Shown: in pieces, positions 13,143 to 25,200 of the stretch
Layout: each line of letters begins with the position of its first letter
Position numbering within the stretch: position 1 is the first letter of the stretch
Translations under genes and position numbers: made by a program
Assembly (NCBI GenBank): GCA_030141605.1
Contig: JAQGDQ010001576.1
Span: 1-34,084 of the forward strand
Source: Tubiluchus corallicola
Taxonomy: Eukaryota > Animalia > Priapulida
Reading direction: 5' to 3'
Length of the DNA stretch: 34,084 nt
Notes under the pieces: model-generated
The model's database searches: none
The model's input: only the letters and a program-made list of their open reading frames with translations
Told to the model about the DNA's origin: nothing

Positions 13143-14553
13143 AAACTTATTTTTTTGGAAAAATTCTTTGTAAAAAAATAACGCATATGTGTTTAAATAA
13201 CTGAAAAAGAAATGCAAATACAGAGAAGAGCAGTTAATTTATGTCAGTGCTGAGAAGTAAAAAGACATTTAGTTCACACCCATTTGTCTATCTCATTTAG
13301 TTCACCGTTAACAGTTTGCTTAGTTCGACAGTATCAATTCAATTCAATTCAATTTTATTTTCTCAATAGCAGTTAAAATTCGACAATTATTGAGTAGCAG
13401 AAATGAATATTTAATCTAGTCAAATTTTTAAATAGTAAGCGAGAACTTATTGAGAATTGAATACGAGGTTACATTGTGAATAATAACAATGGTTATACAA
13501 TATGCATAAATTTATGGCAAAACAGATACAGTGACGTAAAGATGCAATACAAAAAATCAATAAATATCTCATATCAAATGAAAGCAAAAAAAAACAAACT
13601 AAATTCTTCAAGGTAAGCAAAAATTGTCAAATAATAAAGTGATTATAACAAGCAAAACACAATTTAACTTAAGATAAAAAGAAGTTATCACAAGCAAAGC
13701 AAAAGAGAATTCACCTTTGGGCAAAAATTATATCACACAAAAGCAACAAAATCAAACTCAAGAGCAAAAACAAAATTCAGTTTAAAGCAAAACATATACT
13801 AAGCAACAGTAACCAAAATCAGGGCAAGGCGAAACTAAAAAGTCAAAACAAGGCTAGAACAAAATATATAATTTGGCGAACAGAATTTATGGGATGCAAC
13901 TTTCAATCCAAAAGCAAAGCAGAGTAACCGAATATATTCATGCAATAAATAAAACTTTCTGAATACGGGTACTTATATCCAAGTAATTCCTTCTTAAGGG
14001 GCACTGCCTTAGGTTCTACGGAGCATTGCTATAGTTTTGATGTTAGTTGTACTAATAATGAGGATGTATTGTCGATCTGTGCTTGTAATACATCCTTTTG
14101 TTACTTGCCCTGTGCATAACCTTTGTTCTGAAAAGCATGCAGCGAAGCCACCTGAATGTTCAAGTAGGCAAAGCCAAGGTCAGCTACCTTTGCTACCTGC
14201 TACTTCGCAACATTCCGCTTCCCAAGCCTAGCGTGAGTACTTGGGGCATGTCTAATATTGATTTTCTTTCAGGGCACGCGGCTAGCAATCCAAATGCAGC
14301 ATTGGGCACGCGAGTTAGTCCAAGTAATCAAAATTTTGGGCAAAATATTTTTGTAATAAATTGTCATTTTGATTTTATTATTCGGATTCGGTTTTGGTTT
14401 GGCATTGACTTAGTTGAGACATGTCGCACGGTGTAGGTCGCGGGGCCATCCGTCCTGCCTCCATTAAAAGCGGAGAGCAGTCCAATATGATGGTTTTTTA
14501 TCAATGGAAATATATTGTTTTCGATTAGCCAACTATGATTCAATCAATATACA

Positions 14554-16177
14554 ATTATTATTATTAGTTTATTTCGTATAAAAATATACAGCTTACAAAG
14601 ATAAAGATATCAGTAAAGAAACGTATCTACAGAAATTCAACTTTATAATAACAACTCATTGTAGCACCCTTATAATTATATTACAGTATACAGTGTTGGA
14701 AGGAGCTATAATAGGTATCTTAAAACATAATCTTTAAATGATATTTTTAGCCTTTAATTTTACATTTTTGTTTAATTTAACAATTTGACGCTTACATTTT
14801 GTCTAAAATCGAATATTTTTCTATAAGCAGTGTTCCATTTTACACTGATGGCATTAACTTCATTGTTTGATATACCCGCAATTTGGCATCCGTATAATAA
14901 AATGGGTAGACAATATGTATTGATTAGAGTTTTAGCTACTATGTCATTACGATTATGGCTCATACTTCAGAGAATATTATTCACGGGACCAATAAATTTT
15001 CTTTTTATCCTTGAAACATCAATAGAAAACATCACTTGTCAAAATATCGCATCCCAAATGCTTTACTGTCTGTTTCCAGATCAGCTGTTTACCGCAAAAA
15101 CAGATTACAATCTCTGCAGTAAAGCTTTTGCCAAGATAAAGAAGCCATGTTTTATTGGGATTAAATGAGATAATCCATTCTACATCATATTTTTCACAGA
15201 TTTTAAGCATTTCACGTGTCTACATGACCCTGACAACAAGGCAATGTCATCAGCATACATGACAGTGCCTACAAAAATATCTGCCACATAACAACCATAA
15301 CCAGCTGAACGCAATTAACGTATAAGGTCGTCTGTATATGCAGCATATAAAATCGGTGATACTACACCTCCTTGCTTGACACCTGTTTCTATACAAAACT
15401 GTGTACTATACTGATCTTGCCATTTGACGCAACCCATAAGTTTAGTATATAACAACCCTCTGTGCAGTACTCTATCAAAAGCTTTGGAGGCATCTATAAA
15501 TGCGACATATACAGGATTATTTCTTGCGGTGAAAAAATTTACAGTTTCTTTTATGGTACGTATGGCACGACTGCAACTTGATTCCACTCTAAAACCGAAT
15601 TGTAATTCGTCACTTTCTAAGCAATCACCGAACTTTGCCAGTAAAACAGATTCAAATAATTTTGGATACTGGCAGTTAGTGCAACTGCATGATAATTATT
15701 GAAATCTGTTAGGTCGCCATTGTTTTCTTTAACAAGGGGTATAATTATTCCTTTCCCAAAATCATTTAGCACGTAATAGTGTCTGTATATAAGATTAAAC
15801 AGCATTGCTATGTACAGTGATAATACTCTACGAGCATATAACAAATGTTCAGCATATATTTGATCATAGACTGCTGATTTACCTTTGCTCATGGTTTGTA
15901 TCATGGCATATATTTCATCTACACTAACAGTACAGTCATAGAACGAGCTCTCAGAATAATTAGTTAGTTTAGTAAGTACATCTGTCTTCAAAGATTCATC
16001 CTTGACAATCATTAAGCTTATTAGTGTACTTTACATTTTTTGGACAATATCGTTTCTTCCATATTTTCCAAAAACAATTCATATTCTTGTCCATGAACTA
16101 GTAACATTTGTACATTGTTGCTTTTGTCAGCTTTTTTGGGCATTAAGGTAATTTTTGAGCATAATATAAAGTTTTTT
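14554..16177 (-). mobile_element. Degenerate LINE RT fragment (copy 3)
   Basis: Duplicate of 5916-7540. Confidence 0.9.
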
Positions 16178-16596
16178 GTCTATACGCAATTACATGCAAG
16201 TAAGAACTCATAGCTGGATAAAATCACTTTATATTGTTTTTTAACGTATTTCAATGTACTTATTAAAGCACCATTTATCAGCGCCATTACGTTATAGAGT
16301 TGTTTTTTGCAGTTATTCGTTATTGCTAATGGATGTTCTCTAGAACAGCGCACATCACAAAATTTCGCAAAGAAGAAATTGGTGCAAAATTGAAAATGCT
16401 TACGATTTTGTTTGAAAGTAATAGGCACACGTCACGTTAATGTCACCAACAATAATTTCAAACTTTTGGTTAACAATTTTTTGTGAAAACTCAGGATTTT
16501 GGATAAAGTTGACTTAATATTATAATGCTGCTCATGTCACGAAGAGAATCTATTCATTCATAATTATCGTAGAAGAAGTTCAAATCTGCTCACCAA

Positions 16597-16881
16597 ATGC
16601 AGTTCAACTTCACTCAAAGAGGTATGTTATCAGATCAGGTTTTTGCACTTCAGCTGGCTAAATCTGCTCTAAAAATGCGTTGCTTTTGTCTTCGAAAAGT
16701 GATTTTTGGATTCACAGCGGTTTGTTTACTAACATTATTAATCGCCTACAAAATAAGAGTTTTGAGTCTCGGTGAGCGCAAGTTCATTACTTTCGGTGAA
16801 AATTCAAAGCTTTTCACATCTAATGCACGTTCAGGAGATATTTGGCAATATTTGTCATCATACGCAGATTGTGCACATTGA
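16597..16881 (+). pseudogene. 3'-truncated copy of the carbohydrate sulfotransferase (TM and stem only)
   Basis: Matches 7960-8231 except one K>R change, then diverges at 16869 and stops (YADCAH*). No PAPS-binding motifs. Confidence 0.9.
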
Positions 16882-16968
16882 TTGCGTTAATTCGTTACCA
16901 GCATTTTGTGCTCAAGGATTAGTAATTAGTGACCGCAAATTAATATTTCATGTGCACGGAATAATTGG

Positions 16969-17715
16969 TGCGGTCCTGAAGAATGCAAAATAAGGCTTGA
17001 GCAGACAAATGTTCTTCCAGTGTCAACCGACATGCGGTCCTGAATAATGCAAAATAAGAGTCGAGCAGACAAATGTTCTTCCAGTGTCAACCGACATGCG
17101 GTCCTGAATAATGCAAAATAATGGTCGAGCAGACAAATGTTCTTCCAGTGTCAACCGACATGCGGTCCTGAGGTGTGGTGGGGTTTTGTGTGTGGGTTGT
17201 GTTGTGTGGTGGGTGTTTTGTGTGTGCGGTCCTGAAGAATGCAAAATAAGGCTTGAGCAGACAAATGTTCTTCCAGTGTCAACCGACATTCGGTCCTGAA
17301 TAATGCAAAATAAGGGTCGAGCAGACAAATGTTCTTCCAGTGTCAACCGACATGCGGTCCTGAATAATGCAAAATAATGGTCGAGCAGACAAATGTTCTT
17401 CCAGTGTCAACCGACATGCGGTCCTGAATAATGCAAAATAAGAGTCGAGCAGACAAATGTTCTTCCAGTGTCAACCGACATGCGGTCCTGAGGAATGCAA
17501 AATAAGGCTTGAGCAGACAAATGTTCTTCCAGTGTCAACCGACATGCGGTCCTGAGGAATGCAAAATAAGGCTTGAGCAGACAAATGTTCTTCCAGTGTC
17601 AACCGACATTCGGTCCTGAATAATGCAAAATAAGGGTCGAGCAGACAAATGTTCTTCCAGTGTCAACCGACATGCGGTCCTGAATAATGCAAAATAAGGG
17701 TCGAGCAGACAAATG
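16969..17715. repeat. 64-bp tandem minisatellite, about 11.7 units
   Basis: t(g/t)cggtcctg recurs at 16969, 17033, 17097, 17161, 17225 ... 17673, an exact period of 64. Confidence 0.95.
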
Positions 17716-18040
17716 CTAACATTTTGTTCATTTGTTAAATTTAAGATCTATTTGCATATTTTCTGCTTTACCATGTATTCACACCATTTGCTGGCCTTTC
17801 TTAAGTTATACAGGAGTGGCTAATTAAATATCCTCCTTGTCTTTCGACTACCCATCTCTGCACACTTTACATAATTTGTGGTAATTTTCTTGTGAATATA
17901 ATATTGGAGATAAATAAACTTTTGAATTGGGAAAAAAATAAAAATTGTGAAATGACACTTAACTAATTGCATTTTTTAAAATACTGGAAACCGAAAATCT
18001 GTTTTCATGTACTGCTTTACTATAAAATAGATGATGTATT

Positions 18041-19149
18041 TTAGCTCTCCACACAATTTCCCTGCACCACCCACCAGTCGTGTATGTCGTAAACTTTCTG
18101 GGGTTGGTTTTGGGTTGTTCAGCTTTTCACACAAAAGGCAAAAACTTTCACCAGGATTTATTTTGATGCCATAATATCTCTTCCAATGAAAATATTTTGA
18201 ATATTCAATGTCATTTTTGTCCAAGTATAGTAAATATTTGGCAAGTTGTTTTGGAGATGCAAAATCAGCAGTGTTGATAACTGAATGAGGGGGTGTTAGT
18301 TTACTATAGTCAGCACTTCCCCTGACAACTGGTACAACGTCATACATCAACATATTGTACACTTTTTCAGTTATATAGTCACGGCAGAAAGAATTCTCGA
18401 ACGATAAGTAAAACTTGTAGTCTCTTTCAAGCATCTCATTGCAGTACCTCTTTTCTACACATGTTAGGTTACCACATTTACCATAAACGTCCACTTTTAG
18501 ATACTTCTTCAATTCTTTGACATACTCCATGCGGTCAGTATAGGATGATCTGCAGTTACTTACAAACCATGCAACAAGTTTCGTTTTTCCTTTTGGTATG
18601 GTTAGAATTTTTTGCTCTTTTCTAAAAAATCTACCGTACAAACGCGGAATATCTGAATCTTGGCGATATGTCATTGTCCAATTAAATGTGTTGTTTAATT
18701 GTGTCAGATCAGGATTTTTACCACGTGTAGTGAGTTTCATTCCTTATCGGACTTTCTTCCACAAAGAAAACCCAGCGCTGCCCTGATGGCCTGGAAATAG
18801 GAAAAGGATCTGTTGGAAAGTCTTTTCCTATTCTCATATGTACAACCACTGCAGCACTTTCATTCAAGCGAGATTTGTCGTGTGTTATTTCACAGTTTCT
18901 TTGGCGATCTGGACACATGCGAGAAAAAGGATTTTTAAATCCCTCCCAGAAGAACGGACTGTGATTGTACATATTCCAGAGTAGTACAACTTTTTTGTCT
19001 AATTTTGCACTTGGGTCTTGAAAAAAACTAATGTTTCTTACTTTCCCAGCATTCTCCACGTGTTTCCATGATATGTTACTTGAAATTGTCCATATACAAA
19101 TTGAAACCAGGCAAACAAAACATATACTTTTTGCTATTTTTTTATTCAT
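18041..19149 (-). CDS. Alpha-(1,3)-fucosyltransferase, GT10 (FucTC/FucTA-like), intronless, two +1 frameshifts (sequence error or young pseudogene)
   Basis: N-terminal TM, C..THDKS...SAAVVVH, QRWVFFVEESP, FNWTMTYRQDSDI, VAWFVSNC, VDVYGKCG, alpha-1,3-FucT motif YKFYLSFENSFCRDYITEK, YFHWK, FCLLCEKL. The family-type C-terminus KVYDIHDWW...C lies in a third frame ending TAA at 18043-18041. About 368 aa once repaired. Confidence 0.92.
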
Positions 19150-20899
19150 CTTCTCATTTCAATTCAATTTTAAATTAAATAAATTCACAAACAAAAAGCC
19201 CTCAACAAGTTTTGCAGATAGGAATGGTATAAAACAATAAATATTTTTGCAACCTTATCAGAAAATCACAGCGTTGTAAAGTAGCCTTGAATGCTGATCA
19301 CTATGTAGTTGCTTTTACACTCAATGTTGTTTCGCATATTCAATGACAAAGCCATGAAATTCAGCAGATATTTAGTATTTTTGCGATGTTGTAAAGCATT
19401 TTCTGAACGATTACAAAATACACGCAAACTGATAAATGCTTATTCATAATTTAAAACCTGTCCGCACTTACATTGCAATTGTGCACTTACAAAAAGTCTT
19501 TGATTTTTTCGAGTCAGAATGCTCCGCCATAATTCTGAAAAAAATATCACAATAACTCTTATAATTAGTAGAGTCAATATAATCGAAAAATACGCCCGAA
19601 AACGTTTTTGTTGTTTTCTTGTGTATTTGGTCCAGAGAATAATCTATTGTGAAAACAAGGCCATAATTTCAGCACTACCAAACGTCTAGTTATGACTAAA
19701 ATGTTCATCTATTTGATTCCACAGCGTGAAAGTTTGCACCGTGCCAAGAGTTCATAAAGGCGATTAATTTTTATTATGGAGTCAATCGAAATTCGTCCAA
19801 TATGGCCTCAGTTTTCAAGATGACCGACTAAGTAGTTTGATCACAAAGGCTGTTTCTTAGCTACAAGAGCATACAAGATAATGATGTTGCTATCTAAATA
19901 TAAATTTTCAAGGTCAGGATATCCATAGCTGATGTTTAAATGCCCCTATAATATCACCCCACTTAGATGGCTGCTAAGACAGCTGCAAATGTTCCACAAA
20001 ATAATTGCTAATTTTGCCTTAAAGCATGAAATACTAAAACCTATCCCTCTGATTAATTTTAAATGCCAGCCGAAAATTATCCAATATGGTCACAGCATTC
20101 AAGATGGCTGACAAGATGACTGTTCCAATCTCATAATGGCCATACTTTTTAGGAATTGTGAACAAAGTTTTTGCGAGTTATTATAGGGCAACAAGAACAT
20201 ATTATAGGGCATATGAACAGGAAAATCAACATCTCAGGTGTAATTAATGTTTCTTTTTTCTTTAAACAAGTTGAAATGCAGAAGGGCTCACTTGAAAAAC
20301 CAGCGGGTATAAGGATTGATGCTACGTTTTACAGGGGTTTACTTAGGCATTATGGTTTTCCATGTGAAGCATGACATACATAGATTTCAAACATTCCAAC
20401 ATAAAAATCTTGTATGAAATGGTGGAGGAGATTATGATTATTTTTACTATTTCATTTACTTTTTAGTTAGTTAACATAAATCAGAACAGTTCATATTATC
20501 ACAACTATTTTTAGTAGTTTCGCAAAGGGCAAATAGCAAACAGAAGTGACAAAGTAATAAGAAAAACAAGATGTGTACTTACCAGTTAACCCTTCCCCAG
20601 AGTGGACAAGGACATGGTTGAGGAGTCCACGGACGTAGCTCACTCCAAAGTCAGTCACATCAAAACATCAACATCTTCAGTCTATGGAAGTAACAATCAC
20701 ACGTGAAGTTGCAGCACCAATCACACTTACCCCACGCATACAAGCATCTGACTTACCCCACGTTTGTGCTTGAACGTGTTGCTACATTCTAATGTGACAA
20801 TGCCAACACAGTCATGTATAGCTGCGACAGTTGGCCAAGCACATAAAGACCTGTCCACAAGAAAAAGAGTGTCCTGGGATGTAATGTTGGATCATACTG

Positions 20900-21389
20900 A
20901 ACATCTTCATCCCATTACAGCAAATCCTAAACATTACTTTACAAGGTTTAACGAATATCATGTCCCTTACTGTCGTACTAATAGTGCCAGGCACTTTATT
21001 AAATTCACAGCCCCCAATAACTGGAATAAAATAAGTGCCCAAGTAAAAATACACAAAACTATTTATAGTTTCAAAAAGTACTTGAAAAGGACCATTTTGG
21101 ATTCATACTTATAATACAATTTTAGTGGTTCCATGTCTCATGCAGTCACAATATATGGCCTCCAATCAATTATAGTGCAATTTTAATATACCTCTATGTA
21201 AATTAAACATACACTGGGGTCGTTTCTTTTCCTCTTTTCCTTCTTCCTATCACTAATCTTACTATTTTTTTTCCATTCCATCATGTCTAGTAACCCTAAC
21301 CATTCTTCCATTCACTCATTTGTGCCACCTTAACAAGCCAAGCTTTCAAGGTGTCATACAGCAACTCTTTTATTTGGTTAATTTGACTT
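20900..21389 (+). mobile_element. 3' fragment of a CR1/L2/Crack-type LINE (ORF2 C-terminus plus 3' UTR)
   Basis: HYFTR..YHVPYCRTN...IKFTAPNNWNKI...SFKKYLK, typical of ORF2 ends in this group. Boundaries approximate. Confidence 0.7.
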
Positions 21390-21629
21390 TGTTATGAGTT
21401 GGAATTGGTTACACAAAGCATGGTGAATAAACGGAGATGCATTTCCAACATTACTTCATTTTTATTGCCAGTAAACACAAAATAACAAAAACAAAACATC
21501 AGGGCTGTCATCCTGAGCAGCCGACGTTACTTCCACCTCTATAACAACTCTAACTAACTAGGCAAGTACAGAACACAGGTGAGAAGCCAACCTGGCGCTT
21601 AAATTAAAATCGGCAGGCGGGTCATAACA
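21390..21629 (-). repeat. 240-bp LTR of the second Gypsy remnant
   Basis: Perfect 8-bp terminal inverted repeat TGTTATGA...TCATAACA, internal AATAAA, preceded on the minus strand by the PPT-like GGGGGTGAGA. Confidence 0.8.
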
Positions 21630-22200
21630 TCTCACCCCCATAAGAAAAAAAACTTTGTATTTTTGTTTAGGTTTACTTTAAACAGTATCTTGATAAGGGG
21701 TCCGCTAACACATTGTCTTTACCCTTGACATGTACAATAATTAAATCATACTGTTGGAGGAACAGACTCCATCGCAATAAACGTTGATTCTTATTTCTGA
21801 ATCTGTGTAAAAATGTCAATGGATTATGGTCCGTAAATACACCAGTGGGTGAGTGATTACAAGTAACATAAATCTCGAAATGTTGCGTAGCCAAACTGAG
21901 TAAACAACTTCAGTAAAGCATCAACTACTGCTGGAACTGTTATCTTCTTTAAAGGTATATCTTCTGGAAACCTCGTCGTCAGATCCATATTAATAAGAAG
22001 ATGCTGATATCCTGACTTGGTTTTCGGCAGTGGCCCTACACAGTCAATTAGGGTTCTGCTGAATGGTTCCTCAAATATTAGAAGTGGATTAAGTGGAGCT
22101 ATAGGAATTTTCTGGTTTGGTTTGCCCACCATTTGGCAAACATGACAAAAAAAAATCATTTCATAATGAGGTGACGCAATCAAATCTACTCGATGAAGTA
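21390..22200 (-). mobile_element. Internally deleted Ty3/Gypsy element with integrase upstream of RNase H (Gmr1-like)
   Basis: CHVCQMVGKPNQ..APL.P...EEPFSR..IDCVGPLPKTKSG...TRFPE.IPL (IN) is fused to TDHNPL.FL...NQRLLRWSL.LQ.Y......KGKDNVLAD.LSR (end of RH), followed by PPT and LTR. Confidence 0.85.
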
Positions 22201-22597
22201 TGCGTATGCTCTGTCCTTCAGCAAAAAGTGGAGACACCATCAAAATGTAACTATAAGCCACTATGTCATTTTTACTCCAATCAGACTTCTTTTGGTAAGC
22301 AGTCATTCTGACACTAGTCCAAGCAGGAAATCCAAATAACATGACGCGTGAAACTAAAGGGCTATTCTTGTTGTTCTGTTTTGAGCAGAATTTCCTGTGA
22401 ATCAATCTGACATGCTTTTCAAAACTGGTGATTATAAGAAAGTAAGACATTTTTAAGTAAATTTTAATCGACTTCTTTGCCTTCTGTATTATCAGCAACG
22501 AATCTGTTTTCAACAAGCCAGGCAACCTACTAAAAAACTCACTATATAGTTTCTCGAGGTAAAAGCTAAAACGCCTGTTTACAGACATGATTATTTT

Positions 22598-22941
22598 TCA
22601 TTTCGCTGAGGAATTAAGGTTCCCGTAATGAAAAAAATGGCCTTTTGTAGACAACTTTCTCTTGGATGTCCGTACACAAAATTTTTTCAGAGAAGGTCTG
22701 ATCTTATAGCGTGCTTTCATTTCCTCCATAAACAGATGATGTACGGCAAGATTCTTTTTTAACATGGTGCCATATCTGGCAAAATAAGCTGCTGCATTTG
22801 GCCAAATTCCTTCATGTACCAAAAATGCATTATCCAGTATGTGAAAGTCGTAATCCTGAAAACACATTTCGAGCAGCTGTTGTATTTTGTTGCGACCATG
22901 TCCGCGGAATCGCTCATTGTGCATGGGCTGACTGTTATCAC
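22598..22941 (-). CDS. B4GAT1: Last coding exon of a GT49 beta-1,4-glucuronyltransferase 1-like gene
   Basis: PMHNERFRGHGRNKIQQLLEMC.QDYDFHILDNAFLVHEG matches the GT49 C-terminal pattern (P.FDERF..YG.N..Q..EL....F.VL...FLVH). Acceptor tgcag at 22946-22942, phase 1. Confidence 0.85.
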
Positions 22942-24884
22942 CTGCACAATATAACAAATAACATTATCAACTTACATACACAAATATATACATGTAAATG
23001 ATTACATTTGCATTTACTATTGTAAGTTATAGTTGCAAAGTCTGTCAATAGCATGTTTTAGTAATGTCGGTTTTTGCGTAAAACTTGATTGCTAACATAC
23101 AAAACACTATTACAATAACATACCTTTAATCGATACTGCGGGAAAATAATGCAAACGAACAGAAAATAGCAACCAAGTTCTCTGAACAGGGGAGAGATAA
23201 TTTAATAAGCTAAATGAGATGGTTTGTAGTATGTTTCGAAACACTCACAATCTTTTTAATCATTTGGTGTTGGTGTCAAGCAATTTCATCCAGCATTCTA
23301 TAATTATTTGTTTTCTTTTCGCATTTTTACAAACATGCATTTTCTGAAAGTGTTTAAAACGAAGCCAGCCTTAGTCATGTGACCTAAGCTTTAGTAGTAT
23401 ACGCCACCTGTCAATCACAATTGTTTTTACACGTAGTTAGATTTTCTGTTGCCGCTATGCTGATTATGCCGTTTGGTGATACTTGCATTGCTTTGTTTAT
23501 TTTGTTACAATTTAGCAGACACTAGTTGTATTTTCAAGCCAAAGTTGTCACCAGTAAATGTAAGTCACCATCTACTTTAATAATTAGTTAATAGTTTAAA
23601 TTGGTTAGAATTGCCTCAGATCTCTAGAATCATGAAATAATAATTTGTGTTTCAGTCTTCTTAAATCTAATTATTTATTTTGTCTAAATAGTAATAAGCT
23701 TTAGCACATTCTTAAGCACTTTTTGTGATCTGTTATTTTAATAAATTGCAGGTCTATCGCGCTGCTCAATACTGATTGTTGCCGTTTCTTTGCCTGGACT
23801 GTGCGCATCCACATTTGGCGTCTTTTTGGTAGTTTAGGGCGTTATTTTAAAAGTTCTTGATTTATCTTACCTGATGTCGCCCACAATCAGGAATGCTTTT
23901 GAGCTTACAGGTGGTTGGAGATTCACTTATCATATATTATGCTGCTATTGCTGCCCTGGCCGCTGCTGCTGCTGCTTGTAAAACTTCAGGCTTTTACAAT
24001 TTGCAAAAAGCTAACCTGAAGTTTTTGACAAGTTATAGGCGAAATAAGTTAATTTGCTGCAAAATCTCAGTGACGGCTACATAGGTGGTTGACTTTTGGT
24101 CTGCTCTGCTTTTATGTTCTGTATTCTGTAACCGAGTTATTAAATTTCTATTTTTTTTTGGTTTCTTGTTGTTCAGATGAAACTGCTGGTATGTTTTGTT
24201 GAGGGTTGCAGTCGCTTAGGTGCTTAGGCATCGGTATCATTTAACTAACCAGATAAAGTTAGTTTACTTAGTTTAAGCTAATTGAGTAAAGATACAGCAC
24301 ACGTTTTCGTTGTACATTTGAGTATCTAACCAACTGTTTTCAACCACCATTTGAGCACTTGCAGCCATTCTGTGAACCTCGTCTGACTATTGCTGGGCTG
24401 CACACGTTACTATATGTTAACTTGAATAACTTGAGCCAAAGGGTAAAGCCTTTAAGCCGATATGATTTGGTTACTGAAATATCCTTAATATCCTATAGTT
24501 ACATTACTGTAACGCAAACATAGGTATAATATACTATTATCTGGATATTCACATCAACTTTGAGGAAGCACAATGCCTGTCAGAACAATAGTGAGACACA
24601 ATGGGAAAACAATGCGCCAATCGACCACTTGCATTTGGGGGCTTTTGATGCTGGTCTTAATTTTTTAGCTTTGTAATGATAGCATCTACTAAGAGGTGAG
24701 TTCTTGTTAATTTCTTATAAAACATCGAAGTAAAAATATCATAGTGCAATATGCTAGGCAATTATAACGTAACACTTATGCTGTGTTACACAAATGTAAA
24801 ACCAGGCTATTATAGTAAGTAAATGCACAAATATGTGATGTTATTCTGTTTGTTTATATATAGCTTCATAGCTGGGAGAAGTCG

Positions 24885-25060
24885 AAGTGCTACGTTATAA
24901 TGCTGAGGAAGTACTTCTTGTTCTAGAAGAAGAAGAAAATTTGGAAGCCGTCAGAATATATATACGTTGAACCACCAGACACAGCAGAAATCACCGATGA
25001 AGAATCCAGATGTGAGGATGAAGGGGCTGCCATGGACAACTTGTCGCGCTCCAGGTGAAG
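24885..25060 (+). mobile_element. piggyBac (PGBD-like) transposase N-terminal remnant
   Basis: EEVLLVLEEEE..RI(frameshift)YVEPPDTAEITDEESRCEDEGAAMDNLSR resembles the acidic N-terminus of PGBD2/3-type transposases (recalled, not searched). Confidence 0.6.
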
Positions 25061-25200
25061 TTCTGAGGTTCTGGGCCAAGGCAAACGGCTAGGTGGTGAA
25101 TTCAATAATGGGATTCCAGAGATGGAAAACCACCAACTGAAAACTGTGTGGCCCCATAAAGCAACTGCCTTTAAAGATAAGCCATTTCCAAATTTTAATA

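Larger units (their letters stand above)
10686..16868 (+). repeat. Direct segmental duplication, copy 2 (partner 2025-8231)
   Basis: Near-identical to copy 1, with a shorter AAT run and a few clustered differences. Confidence 0.97.

Noticed and set aside
16969-17715. CRISPR-like array
   Set aside because: Units are contiguous near-identical repeats without unique spacers, there are no cas genes, and the context is eukaryotic.
16969-17715. Hammerhead ribozyme in the satellite (CUGAAGA / CUGAGGA in some units)
   Set aside because: There is no downstream GAAA core or stem II, and most units read CUGAAUA.
19795-20120. Recurring ccaatatgg / caagatggc motifs upstream of the FucT
   Set aside because: Probably a decayed repeat with YY1-like words; no termini or promoter evidence.
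24612-24701. Signal-peptide-like exon (MRQSTTCIWGLLMLVLIF) followed by gtgagt
   Set aside because: In-frame stops precede the donor and no partner exon is identifiable.
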